Of a DNA stretch of 64,000 bases, positions 16,309 through 25,499 are shown in pieces. The stretch lies in the NCBI GenBank assembly GCA_964439915.1, contig CAYTQT010000008.1, positions 10,399 to 74,398 on the forward strand. The letters are read 5' to 3'. Source of the stretch: an uncultured Wenzhouxiangella sp. Lineage in GTDB: Bacteria > Pseudomonadota > Gammaproteobacteria > Xanthomonadales > Wenzhouxiangellaceae. Position numbers and translations under genes: made by a program. The notes below the pieces were generated by a model. It was not told the origin of the DNA. It worked only from the letters and a program-made list of their open reading frames with translations, and did no database searches. Within the stretch, counting starts at the first letter, position 1; every line of letters begins with the position of its first letter.

Positions 16309-17721
16309 TCAGTTCAGGCGCAGTAGCGACCCTGCCTGGCCCGGTGCTTCGGTGCCAGCGAAGCCGAGTCCGAAATACCAGGTCTGATCGATGCGGGCGA
16401 AGCTGCGGGCCATGTTGGCGGAGTCGAAATGCAGAACCTGTCGCCAGGCATCAAGATCGAGACCGGTTTCGGGATCGAGTCTTTCCTCGATCGAATTGCC
16501 CCGATCAAGCGCGTAGACGATGACCCGATAGCGACCGTCCGGCCGGCGTGCATTGGCCAGGACGAAGAGCTGATCGTGGAACACGAGGACCGCTTCGCCC
16601 AGGGCATCGGCATCGGGCAGTCTGATGCGCTGGCCCGGACCGTTGGCAGGTTTGACGACAAAGTCGACCGACTGATTGTATTGGTTCAGATAATTCTGAC
16701 CCAGGGCGTGGGTGCGAAATGGCGCGAACCAGAGTTCCCCGAACAGGGCCGGTTTGTAGGGGCGCAGGGTCAACTGGGTGTCACGTTCCGGGCTGACCGG
16801 GACCAGCCTATCCAGGGTGCCGGGCGGGAGCGCAACGAACTGGGTCAGGTCCCGGTCCCAGCGCAGCACCGTGGGAAAGGGTGGGACCTGGGGAGGGTAT
16901 TCCATCCGCGGGGCATAGAACCCCTCGGCCTCGGGTTCGGCCGGCGCCCAGCTCAACCAGCGAGTACTTGCATACAGGCCGTCATGCAGTCGAAACAGGG
17001 AAAAGAACCAGTTGCCGATCCGGTTGCGCTGAGAGGTGTCCGCATCGACCAGACCGCCGGACTGACCCGGCGGGTTCAGGCTGATGGCGGTACGAAAAAG
17101 TCCGAGCTGCCGACTGGTCGTCTGCGGGCTGTCCAGCATCGACAGGCTGATGGCCACGGCGCCCGGTTTGGCGTTGAGCAGATCGTGCGGTCTACGGCTG
17201 TTGCCGACGCCGATCAACAGCCCGTCGTCCTCGGCCAGATCGCGGATATGCGCCGTATGCAGCGCGCGGACGCTGTAGAGGTAAATCCATCGCCCCTCCG
17301 CCGTGCGCCGATAGAACTTGACGCCGTCATTGCTGCCATCGCTGCTGCTGCCCTTGGGGTCGGCGGCGGGGATGTAGAGATGATCGTCAAGCACTCGGAA
17401 CAGTTCGATCGCTTCCTGCTCGATGATCGCTTCGGGCTGGCCGTCCCAGCGGCGCGCCGCGTGATCGTAGGCCCAGACCGGAATCGGCCCCGAATCATGC
17501 GACGTACTGCCCATGCCAAGATAGATCTTGCCGCGGTAGGGCTGGAGATCCCAGACGTTCAGTCCAACGCCACGCTGTCCCGATTCGCCGGGCTTGTTTC
17601 CGAGATCGACCAGCTGCCCGGTCACGTCATTGGCGATCGCCAGTTCAGCGAGTAACAGAAACACGATGCCCGGCCAGAGCCATCGGGCATTGAATGGCAA
17701 GAGTCCGAGTCTGCGACGCAT
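16309..17721 (-). CDS. Secreted hypothetical protein (470 aa), no family recognised
   Basis: N-terminal MRRRLGLLPFNARWLWPGIVFLLLAELAIA is signal-peptide-like. Same strand as, and 112 nt upstream of, the giant adhesin gene. Repeated hydrophobic-Gly-Asp turns suggest a beta-rich (propeller-like) fold, but that is a guess. Confidence 0.55.
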   Translation of the reverse strand: MRRRLGLLPFNARWLWPGIVFLLLAELAIANDVTGQLVDLGNKPGESGQRGVGLNVWDLQPYRGKIYLGMGSTSHDSGPIPVWAYDHAARRWDGQPEAIIEQEAIELFRVLDDHLYIPAADPKGSSSDGSNDGVKFYRRTAEGRWIYLYSVRALHTAHIRDLAEDDGLLIGVGNSRRPHDLLNAKPGAVAISLSMLDSPQTTSRQLGLFRTAISLNPPGQSGGLVDADTSQRNRIGNWFFSLFRLHDGLYASTRWLSWAPAEPEAEGFYAPRMEYPPQVPPFPTVLRWDRDLTQFVALPPGTLDRLVPVSPERDTQLTLRPYKPALFGELWFAPFRTHALGQNYLNQYNQSVDFVVKPANGPGQRIRLPDADALGEAVLVFHDQLFVLANARRPDGRYRVIVYALDRGNSIEERLDPETGLDLDAWRQVLHFDSANMARSFARIDQTWYFGLGFAGTEAPGQAGSLLRLN

Positions 17722-17776
17722 GAGATGGGATGGCGATCCAGTCCGCTCGCTCAGGGGCGAGAGGTTTCCATACCGA

Positions 17777-18340
17777 TCAGCACGACTGACCGGCGGGGCA
17801 GGAGCCTTCTTGAACCGAAACGCTCAACGGCTGCCCCAGGAGTTGCTCCATCGGCATTGGCCACCAGCCCGAGGGTGCGACGCGTTGCAGCGCTTCGTCG
17901 GGCGTCAGGCCGCGATATCTGACCAGCCAGGCGGCATAGACCTGACTGGCGCGATGCCCGGAGCCGCAGTGCAGCAGAATCTGATCGTCGCCGGCAGCTT
18001 CCATGCGCGCATTGAAGGCTTCGAGAATCTCCGGACTGTAGGCACCCTCACCCCGACCGACGCCGATCTCATGATAGTCAACGCCGGCGCTGGAAAGCAG
18101 TCCGGGCTGATCGAAGCTCAGGCCCTCCACTTCGGCGCGGGTGCGAAAATTGATCACGGTGTTGAAGCCATTGGCCTTGAGCTCCTCCAGGGCCTGCGCC
18201 GAGGGCTGAGCGCCGATGATGATGTGGTCTTCGACGGTATAGCTCTCCTCGATGTAGTCGGTGAGTGCCGATGACTTGCCGTGATGGTCCGAGAGGACCG
18301 GGGTGGCCAGGAACAGAAGTGGAATCAGCATCAGGCGCAT
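17777..18340 (-). CDS. Exported DUF442 / PTP-like (CX5R) phosphatase-fold protein
   Basis: Signal peptide MRLMLIPLLFLATPVLS. Motif ILLHCGSGHRAS is a Cys-X5-Arg P-loop. IIIGAQPSAQALEELKANGFNTVINFR resembles DUF442 family N-termini. Confidence 0.65.
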   Translation of the reverse strand: MRLMLIPLLFLATPVLSDHHGKSSALTDYIEESYTVEDHIIIGAQPSAQALEELKANGFNTVINFRTRAEVEGLSFDQPGLLSSAGVDYHEIGVGRGEGAYSPEILEAFNARMEAAGDDQILLHCGSGHRASQVYAAWLVRYRGLTPDEALQRVAPSGWWPMPMEQLLGQPLSVSVQEGSCPAGQSC

Positions 18341-18411
18341 GGCGTGAACTCCTTGCAGGTCAAATTGATGATGTGCGAATCATACACTCGGGCTATGAAT
18401 GGCAGACCAAC

Positions 18412-18440
18412 GAAAAACGCGGCCAACGGGGGCCGCGTTT
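18412..18440 (-). terminator. Intrinsic terminator after hppA (symmetric A/T flanks, potentially bidirectional)
   Basis: Stem cgcggcc (18417-18423) / ggccgcg (18430-18436), flanked by aaaaa and tttt. It starts 37 nt beyond the hppA stop. Confidence 0.6.
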
Positions 18441-18476
18441 TCGAATGCCTCGATGAGGCGATTGCGCGCTTTGTGC

Positions 18477-20498
18477 CTACTGACCCAACAGCGGGGCGAT
18501 CACCAGGCTGACGATGGCCATCACGTTGATCAGGATGTTCATCGACGGACCCGAGGTGTCCTTGAGCGGGTCGCCGACCGTGTCGCCGACCACGTTGGCG
18601 GTGTGCGCATCCGATCCCTTGCCGCCCAGGTTGCCCTTCTCGACGTATTTCTTCGCGTTGTCCCAGGCACCCCCGGCATTGGCCATGGTCAGGGCCAGCA
18701 GAACAGCCGAGACCAGCGCGCCGCCGAGCATGCCGCCGAGCGCTTCGGCACCCATCCCGAAGCCGATCACGACCGGACCCAATACGGCCAGGCCGGCCGG
18801 CAGCAGCATCCGCTTGATCGCCGAGGTGGTGGCGATATCGACGCAGCGTGCGGCGTCCGGCTCGGCCGTGCCTTCGAGCAGGCCGGGGATTTCGCGGAAC
18901 TGACGCCGAATCTCCTGGATCATTTCGAACGCGGCGTTGCCGACCGCGGTCATGGTGATGGAGGCGACCAGGAAGGGGAACACGCCACCGATGAACATGC
19001 CGATCAGCACGTTCGGGTCAGCGATATTGAGATTGAAACCCTCGATGCGGTGACTGACCTCGGCAATGTAGGCCGAGATGATGGTCAGGGCGGCCAGGGC
19101 TGCAGCACCGATGGCAAAGCCCTTGCCGATCGCGGCGGTGGTATTGCCCAGTTCATCGAGCGAGTCGGTTATTTTGCGGGTTTCTTCACCCAGCCCTGCC
19201 ATTTCGGCGATGCCGCCGGCGTTGTCAGCGACCGGGCCGTAGGCGTCGATGGCCATGGTCATGCCGACGGTCGAGAGCATGGCGACGGCCGCGATGCCTA
19301 CGCCGTAGAGATCGGCACTGCCGTTGGCGATGAAGATCATCAAACAGATGGTGATGATCGGTATCACGACCGACTGCATGCCCGTGGCCAGACCGGCAAT
19401 GATCACCGTGGCCGAGCCTGTCTCTCCAGCGCCCGCAATGTCGCGCACCGGCTTGCCGGCGGTGTAGTACTCCGTCGACAGGCCGATGATGACCCCGCCG
19501 ACGGCACCGACCAGGGCGGCGATCCAGACGCCATTGTCCACGCCCAGATAGCCGATCATGAACCAGGCCAGGATGATGAAGCCGATGGCTGCCGACATGG
19601 TGCCGGCCCGAAGCGCGACTTCCGGACTCTTGCTGGACATGGCCTTGACCACGCCGATGGCCAGAATCGAGCAGACCAGGCCCAGTGAGGACAGCAGCAG
19701 CGGCAGGCTCATCAGCGCCGAGCCCTCGCCCATGCCCTCGACGAAGCCGCCGCCGGCCTGCTGGACCATGACCGTGGCCAGGGCCACGGTGGCAATCATG
19801 GCGCCGCAGTAGGATTCGAAGATGTCCGAGCCCATGCCAGCCACGTCACCGACGTTGTCGCCCACATTGTCGGCGATCACGCCCGGGTTGCGCGGGTCGT
19901 CTTCCGGGATGCCGGCTTCGACCTTGCCGACCAGATCAGCGCCGACATCAGCGGCCTTGGTGAAGATACCGCCGCCGACACGATAGAACAGCGCGACCAC
20001 ACCGGCGCCCATGCCGAAGCCATGGATGCGGTGAGCGGTTTCCGGGTCGGTGCCGAAGAAGTAGTAGAGCGTACCCAGGCCGAGCAGGCCGAGTGAAGCC
20101 AGCACCATGCCCATGACCGACCCGCCGAAGAAGGCCACGGTCAGGGCCTTGTCCTGCCCGTATTCATGCGCGGCCGAAGTGGTGCGCACATTGGCCCGAG
20201 TCGCTGCGATCATGCCGAGAAATCCCGCCAGTGCCGAACACACCGCACCGACCAGGAAGGAAATGGCGGTCTGGATACCGAGGCCGGAGAAGGTCAGGGC
20301 GGTAAAGATGACCGCGACCGACAGCCCGATCAGGATCAACTCGCGATGCATGAAGGCCAGAGCGCCCTCCTGGATGAGCTTGGCGATCTTGGCGGGTTTG
20401 CCGTCCATGACCGGATAGCTCATCACGATGCGATACAGAATGAAGGCCACGATCAGGCCCACGACCCCAAGAATTGGGGGAATCATCAGCTGGTTCAT
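18477..20498 (-). CDS. hppA: Membrane-bound proton-translocating pyrophosphatase (H+-PPase)
   Basis: 673 aa, polytopic. Diagnostic motifs: [86 protein letters not shown]. Confidence 0.95.
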   Translation of the reverse strand: MNQLMIPPILGVVGLIVAFILYRIVMSYPVMDGKPAKIAKLIQEGALAFMHRELILIGLSVAVIFTALTFSGLGIQTAISFLVGAVCSALAGFLGMIAATRANVRTTSAAHEYGQDKALTVAFFGGSVMGMVLASLGLLGLGTLYYFFGTDPETAHRIHGFGMGAGVVALFYRVGGGIFTKAADVGADLVGKVEAGIPEDDPRNPGVIADNVGDNVGDVAGMGSDIFESYCGAMIATVALATVMVQQAGGGFVEGMGEGSALMSLPLLLSSLGLVCSILAIGVVKAMSSKSPEVALRAGTMSAAIGFIILAWFMIGYLGVDNGVWIAALVGAVGGVIIGLSTEYYTAGKPVRDIAGAGETGSATVIIAGLATGMQSVVIPIITICLMIFIANGSADLYGVGIAAVAMLSTVGMTMAIDAYGPVADNAGGIAEMAGLGEETRKITDSLDELGNTTAAIGKGFAIGAAALAALTIISAYIAEVSHRIEGFNLNIADPNVLIGMFIGGVFPFLVASITMTAVGNAAFEMIQEIRRQFREIPGLLEGTAEPDAARCVDIATTSAIKRMLLPAGLAVLGPVVIGFGMGAEALGGMLGGALVSAVLLALTMANAGGAWDNAKKYVEKGNLGGKGSDAHTANVVGDTVGDPLKDTSGPSMNILINVMAIVSLVIAPLLGQ

Positions 20499-20618
20499 TT
20501 TTTCTCCCGGAAGAACGAGCCGCTGCTGCGGCGGTCTGTGAGTTCCAGGCGATCCGCGCCGGGTTTTGGATATTGTGTACCGGCGCTACGCCTTGAAAAC
20601 CGGGTAATTGTAGTGAGA

Positions 20619-21227
20619 TCAGACCGCAGGGGCAAATGCAGCAAGCGGCAGCAGCGTTTGCGTCAGTTTGGCGATGACCAGGCCGAGCATCGCACCGACA
20701 GCCACATCGCTGGGGTAGTGCAGACCCAGAATCACCCGGGACAGGGCAATCATGCCGACAAACGTCAGCAGCACGGGGTATAGGCCGGGAAAGGCCGAGA
20801 GGATCAGCGTGCCGAACAGGACCGCGTGCAGGGTATGTCCGGAGGGAAAGCTGTAGCGATCCAGCGGGGCAGCTGCGCAGAGAATGCTCGGGTGACTTGC
20901 AAACGGGCGTTCACGGACCAGATGCCGCTTCAGCGTCTTGTAGGTCACCAGTCCGATCAGGCCACCGAAGGCCATCTGTGCCGTCACCGCGACGCCAGCC
21001 GTTCCGAAGGCCATGGGAAAGGCGACCATCAGGACATACCAGATGAGTCCGTCGCCGAGTCGGCTGACCACAGAGAACACGCCGCGGATGGCCGATCTGC
21101 GTGCCAGATCGTTGATCGGTTGGCACAGCGCTACCTCGAAGGCATCAAGGCGCTTCATGACTGGAAGCGCCTGGACCGTCTGCAGCTTGGATTTCCCCGT
21201 GTTCATGACCGCTACTATGGCGGTCAA
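20619..21227 (-). CDS. PAP2-family (acid phosphatase / lipid phosphate phosphatase-like) membrane protein
   Basis: PAP2 signature KRHLVRERP ... SFPSGHT ... SRVILGLHYPSDV. The start codon is uncertain. Confidence 0.8.
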   Translation of the reverse strand: MTAIVAVMNTGKSKLQTVQALPVMKRLDAFEVALCQPINDLARRSAIRGVFSVVSRLGDGLIWYVLMVAFPMAFGTAGVAVTAQMAFGGLIGLVTYKTLKRHLVRERPFASHPSILCAAAPLDRYSFPSGHTLHAVLFGTLILSAFPGLYPVLLTFVGMIALSRVILGLHYPSDVAVGAMLGLVIAKLTQTLLPLAAFAPAV

Positions 21228-21349
21228 AAACGACGGCTGGATGATGTCTCGCTGACGAATTCATGACAGCATGATCGAGAATCCCTGGCGGCACCGATCG
21301 CCTTTGCATTGTCAGGGTGTCCTGACCCATCGAAGACCTGCCGACGATC

Positions 21350-21706
21350 TCAATCGCCGCGATAGACGCAGCCCGAGGTGCAGGTCTCGCAGACCACCAC
21401 TCTGGACAGTTCGGGCAGTGCGGGTTTGAGTTCGTGCCAGATCCAGCGCGCCAGATTTTCGCTGGTCGGATTGTCCAGGCCATCGATATCGTTGAGAAGC
21501 CGATGATCGAGGCGTTCGTGAATCGGCGTGAATGCACGTTTGATATCGGCAAAGTCCATGACCCATCCCGACTGCTCGTCGACCGGGCCCGAGACATGGA
21601 TCTCGATCCGGAAAGAATGGCCGTGAAGTCGACGGCACTTGTGATCTTCGGGCACTCTGGGAAGATAGTGCGCCGCTTCGATGCTGAAAGTTTTGTAGAG
21701 TTCCAT
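21350..21706 (-). CDS. queD: 6-carboxy-5,6,7,8-tetrahydropterin synthase
   Basis: 118 aa. [40 protein letters not shown] and the C-terminal [12 protein letters not shown] are typical of QueD. Confidence 0.9.
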   Translation of the reverse strand: MELYKTFSIEAAHYLPRVPEDHKCRRLHGHSFRIEIHVSGPVDEQSGWVMDFADIKRAFTPIHERLDHRLLNDIDGLDNPTSENLARWIWHELKPALPELSRVVVCETCTSGCVYRGD

Positions 21707-21821
21707 GGTCTGATTGTATCGCCTTGACAGTCAAATATTGCTAACATCGCCGTTTCTGCCCGCGCCAGCGGCAGGACACCCGTAATCAGTTTCAATGCAA
21801 CGCCGTAAAGGGGCCGACGAC

Positions 21822-22436
21822 ATGGCGGAAGTCATCATCGAACTGGAGCTCAATCGCCGCTCCGGCGTTCTCGCTGCGGCGATTGCGGCGTTGCGTCATC
21901 TCTCGCTCTCGTTCACCTCGCAGCAGCTCCGGGATCAGGACGGTACGCCGTGGCTGATCCTGACCGCAGAGGGTCAGGTCAACAGCCTGGGGGATGTCGA
22001 AGCAGTCTATGCCCCGCTTCGCGGCATCAGTGCCGTGATCGATGTCCGAGTCGACCGACAGTCATTGGCAGAAGCAAAACAGGAGACCGAGGCAGGGATC
22101 GACGGGGATCAGTCGCCTGATTTGCAACCGTCGCCAGGGGCCGTCGAGCTCCAGCAGTCCGCCGATCCTGCCCCGCAGCCGTTGGACTTGCCGGTGACCC
22201 TCGGCGAACAGGAAGTCCTTGTCGCGGAAGATGCGGCCGAATCCGGGGCCGATTATTTCAGCGATGAAGTCTTCGCGCGCCACGTTCTGATTGATGCCGG
22301 CTCGAAAGAACGAATCGACGAGACCGTGCCTGCCAGTGACGATTCGGCAAATGAAGCAACTTCGGAAAACCTCGCCTCCCAGGCCAGGGGCGCCCTCAAG
22401 CCAGCCATGTTCCGTCGCCGTCGCCGTCTGCGTTAG
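21822..22436 (+). CDS. Hypothetical protein: ACT-like N-terminal fold (guess), acidic disordered middle, poly-Arg C-terminus
   Basis: ATG at 21822 is preceded by an AGGGG SD. MAEVIIELELNRRSGVLAAAIAALRHLSLSF... has a beta-alpha-beta pattern. C-terminus reads KPAMFRRRRRLR. Confidence 0.45.
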   Translation: MAEVIIELELNRRSGVLAAAIAALRHLSLSFTSQQLRDQDGTPWLILTAEGQVNSLGDVEAVYAPLRGISAVIDVRVDRQSLAEAKQETEAGIDGDQSPDLQPSPGAVELQQSADPAPQPLDLPVTLGEQEVLVAEDAAESGADYFSDEVFARHVLIDAGSKERIDETVPASDDSANEATSENLASQARGALKPAMFRRRRRLR

Positions 22437-22446
22437 GTCTGCAGTC

Positions 22447-23658
22447 TCATTCGGGCTTCATGTTCTCGCACAGCATGTAGAGCTCGGCCAGGCCGAGCGT
22501 GGTCATCGAATGACCCTGCAGTTCCGGGCTGTAGTCGACCACCGGATCGGTGCGGAGCGCGAAGCGCCTGGGCTCCAGATCCAGCGCTCTGAGCTCGCGC
22601 TCGAAGCCCTCCACCGTGATCGGGTTCAGCTCCGTGTACCAGCGCCAGTAATCGGCACTGGGTGACTCCTCGCCGGCCCGGTCCATGTAGCGCGGTCGCC
22701 CAGCCAGAACACGTTGTTTGAGCTCGTCGCGGTCGATCTTCAGGTGAATCCAGGGATCGTCGAAGAACTCACCGAGGTGGTTGCCGACGCTGCCGTAGAA
22801 CAGACCCGGATGGGCGAAGAACAGCCCGCCGGGGCGCAGCACGCGCCTGATTTCGCGCATCGCCTGGTCGTAGCCCCCGGCGATATGCTCCAGTGAGCCC
22901 CAGGACAGCACGGCGTCGAACTGATTGTCCTCGAAGCTCAGCGCGTTGGCATCGTCGGCTTGGAACGACAGTCCCGGGGCCTGAATCAGGGCCTCGGGAA
23001 GATGGTGTTCGCGGCAGATCTGCCCCAGCCGCTCGTAGCCGCGGAAGGGATCCACTCCGATCAGCTGCTCGGGCTGCATGCGCAGAGCAATGCCGAGGTC
23101 GGTGATTCCGTCGCCGCAGCCGACGTCGAGGACCCGGCCCTTGAGTCGCTCGTCGCGCTGGAAGAACATATGGATGATGGTCCGCGCGGCATGGTCGAAA
23201 TGGCGGAAGAACCAGTTGTTGTCCTGCCGCGCCCAGCTCAGTTCGCTCACCGCAACAGAATCCGCGTCGGAATTCAGACGCCAGTCGCGGCTGTCCCAGG
23301 CTGGCGTCGCCTCCAGCCGGGTCGACAGGCGCCCGCGCTCGGTTCCCCCTGCGTTGGCCTCGTCACGCAGGATCAGGGTCAGCGTCGAGCCCCGGGTCCA
23401 GGCGCTTGACTGAGGGGTTTCTAGTCGGTATCGACCGGTTGGGAGCCAGGAAATATCGACGCCTGTCTGACGCAGGAAATACTGCCAGCGTTGGCCGTCA
23501 GCAGCCTCGACGATCAGCTCGGCATCAAGATCGAAGACGATCGGCTCGTCGACGGTGAACTCGAGCGCGGGCGAGGACGTGGCGTCGAAGTGATTCAGTG
23601 TCAGGGGCACGATGAAGGGTAGTGGGCCAGGAGTCTGCGGCGCATTATACGTCTGCAT
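22447..23658 (-). CDS. Class I SAM-dependent methyltransferase with ~200-aa uncharacterised N-terminal domain
   Basis: Motif I VLDVGCGDGITDLG, post-I IGVDP, motif II/III FDAVLSWGSLEHI ... LRPGGLFF. Start chosen at MQTYNAP (23658) to avoid overlapping the divergent gene; this start is uncertain. Confidence 0.7.
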   Translation of the reverse strand: MQTYNAPQTPGPLPFIVPLTLNHFDATSSPALEFTVDEPIVFDLDAELIVEAADGQRWQYFLRQTGVDISWLPTGRYRLETPQSSAWTRGSTLTLILRDEANAGGTERGRLSTRLEATPAWDSRDWRLNSDADSVAVSELSWARQDNNWFFRHFDHAARTIIHMFFQRDERLKGRVLDVGCGDGITDLGIALRMQPEQLIGVDPFRGYERLGQICREHHLPEALIQAPGLSFQADDANALSFEDNQFDAVLSWGSLEHIAGGYDQAMREIRRVLRPGGLFFAHPGLFYGSVGNHLGEFFDDPWIHLKIDRDELKQRVLAGRPRYMDRAGEESPSADYWRWYTELNPITVEGFERELRALDLEPRRFALRTDPVVDYSPELQGHSMTTLGLAELYMLCENMKPE

Positions 23659-23734
23659 GTCTGCCCAGCGCGCCGGTCGATTGCCGGTTCGATATGCTTG
23701 TAGGCCCAATCCCGATTCGAACAGGAGCCCGATC

Positions 23735-24484
23735 ATGCAACTGAACGAAAAACAGAGAGCATTGTGCAGCGACCACGGTTTCGATTTTTCCGGCCTGAAG
23801 GCGCTGTTTCTGAACTGCACGCTGAAGCGCTCGCCTGAATTTTCGCACACCGAGGCTCTGATGCAGGTCAGTCAGTCCATCATGGATGCCGCCGGCGTGT
23901 CGACTCGACTGGTCCGGGTCGCCGACCTGCGCATCGCGCCGGGCGTCTATCCGGATATGCGAGAACACGGCTTCGAGCATGACGACTGGCCGGAACTGAG
24001 CCGCAAGGTGATGAATGCCCATATTCTGGTCATCGGCACGCCGATCTGGCTGGGTGAGGAGTCGTCGGTCTGCCGGTCGCTGATCGAGCGTTTGTATTCC
24101 GAATCCGGCAAATTGAACGACAACAACCAGTCGGTCTTCTACGGCCGGGTCGGCGGCTGTCTGATCACCGGGAATGAAGACGGTATCAAGCACTGCGCCA
24201 TGAGCCTTTTGTATGCACTGCAGCACCTGGGCTATGCCATTCCGCCACAGGCCGATGCCGGCTGGGTCGGCGAAGCCGGGCCTGGGCCGTCCTACGCTGA
24301 TGAAGACTCCGGCGGCCCCGAAAATGACTTCACTCAGCGCAATACCACCTTCATGACCTGGAATCTGATGCACATGGCGAAACTGCTGGCCGATTCCGGC
24401 GGTCTGCCGGCGCACGGCAACGATCGCAAGGCCTGGTCGGCCGGCTGTCGATTCGGCTACGCCAATCCTGACTACCGGGCCTGA
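23735..24484 (+). CDS. Flavodoxin-like NAD(P)H-dependent FMN reductase family protein
   Basis: ACAGGAG SD before the ATG at 23735. ALFLNCTLKRSPEFSHTEALM ... AHILVIGTPIWLGEESSVCRSLIERL follows the NADPH-dependent FMN reductase / flavodoxin_2 pattern. Confidence 0.7.
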   Translation: MQLNEKQRALCSDHGFDFSGLKALFLNCTLKRSPEFSHTEALMQVSQSIMDAAGVSTRLVRVADLRIAPGVYPDMREHGFEHDDWPELSRKVMNAHILVIGTPIWLGEESSVCRSLIERLYSESGKLNDNNQSVFYGRVGGCLITGNEDGIKHCAMSLLYALQHLGYAIPPQADAGWVGEAGPGPSYADEDSGGPENDFTQRNTTFMTWNLMHMAKLLADSGGLPAHGNDRKAWSAGCRFGYANPDYRA

Positions 24485-24572
24485 GACCCACCATCGAAAA
24501 GGGCCTTGCCTGTATACTGCGCAGCTTTCTGGGGCCGAGCCGGCGCCTGCCAAGTGAGACACGGGAAGGGCA

Positions 24573-25499
24573 ATGACCGATACCCACTATCGCCAGGTCT
24601 GGGACCGCCGATCAGCCGATGATCTGGCCGCCCTGGAAGCTGTGGACAACAGCGGCAGCGAGGCCGTGGCCCGGGCTACCGGTGCCCACACGGCCGATCT
24701 GGTCGCAACCGCAGTCGACCTGAACGCCGACGATACGATCCTGGAGCTGGGTTGCGGTGCGGCGCGCATCGGACGTGAGCTGGTCGGGCGCTGCCGGCAA
24801 TGGACCGGCGTGGATATCTCGCCGAACATGATCCGTGTGGCCGGTCGACGCCTCGAAGGCCACGACAACGTGCGTCTAGAAGTTCTCGAGCGCACCAGTC
24901 TGGCGATGATCGAGGATCAGAGTCTGGACAAGGCCTACTCGGTCGCGGTCCTCTGCCATATGGACAAGGAGGATCTGTTTCTCTATCTGCGAGAGCTCGC
25001 CCGGACGCTCAAGCCCGGGGGGCTGGCCTATCTCGAAACCTGGAATCTGGCCGATCCGGTCGGCTGGTACCGCTGGATGTACGAAGTCGAATTCTGGAAT
25101 CGGGCCGATCACTCCGAGCGCAAGGACGTGGCGCGCAATCAGTTCTGCGTGAGCGAGGAATTCCGTCTCTACGCCGAGCGTGCCGGTCTGGATGTGCTGG
25201 TCCTGTTCGACGACTCACCCTGGCTGCAGATGGTCGTGGGCAGGGATCTGGCCTCGGCGCGGCGCGAGACCGAGCGCCGACGCCTGGCCGAGCAGCGTGC
25301 CCGGATCGCCTATACGCCGCTGTTCGGGCAGCTGTTTCTCGAAGCGATCCGGGTCATCTACGGGGATCAGCATCCCAGGCAGGCGCTGGACTATCTCGAC
25401 CGGCTCCGGCCCGGCCTCGAAGTCGATCTGTATCGAACCCTGATCGAAGGCCTGTGGGAGCAGGATCCCGACCGCTACGGTCCGCCGCCCGGCGACTGA
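24573..25499 (+). CDS. Class I SAM-dependent methyltransferase
   Basis: Motif I ILELGCGAARIG, GVDISPNM, and LKPGGLAYLE. 308 aa. Confidence 0.75.
   Translation: MTDTHYRQVWDRRSADDLAALEAVDNSGSEAVARATGAHTADLVATAVDLNADDTILELGCGAARIGRELVGRCRQWTGVDISPNMIRVAGRRLEGHDNVRLEVLERTSLAMIEDQSLDKAYSVAVLCHMDKEDLFLYLRELARTLKPGGLAYLETWNLADPVGWYRWMYEVEFWNRADHSERKDVARNQFCVSEEFRLYAERAGLDVLVLFDDSPWLQMVVGRDLASARRETERRRLAEQRARIAYTPLFGQLFLEAIRVIYGDQHPRQALDYLDRLRPGLEVDLYRTLIEGLWEQDPDRYGPPPGD

Noticed and set aside
21145-21795. 216-aa and 140-aa minus-strand ORFs overlapping queD.
   Set aside because: They are alternative frames of the queD region and its flanks. The queD frame has unambiguous family motifs, and the others are Ser/Arg/Pro-rich.
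21707-21821. preQ1 riboswitch upstream of queD.
   Set aside because: No preQ1-I/II-like hairpin plus A-rich tail motif was recognisable on the minus strand. The spacer instead contains an 11-nt palindrome (ttgacagtcaa) and promoter-like hexamers. Not tested with a covariance model.
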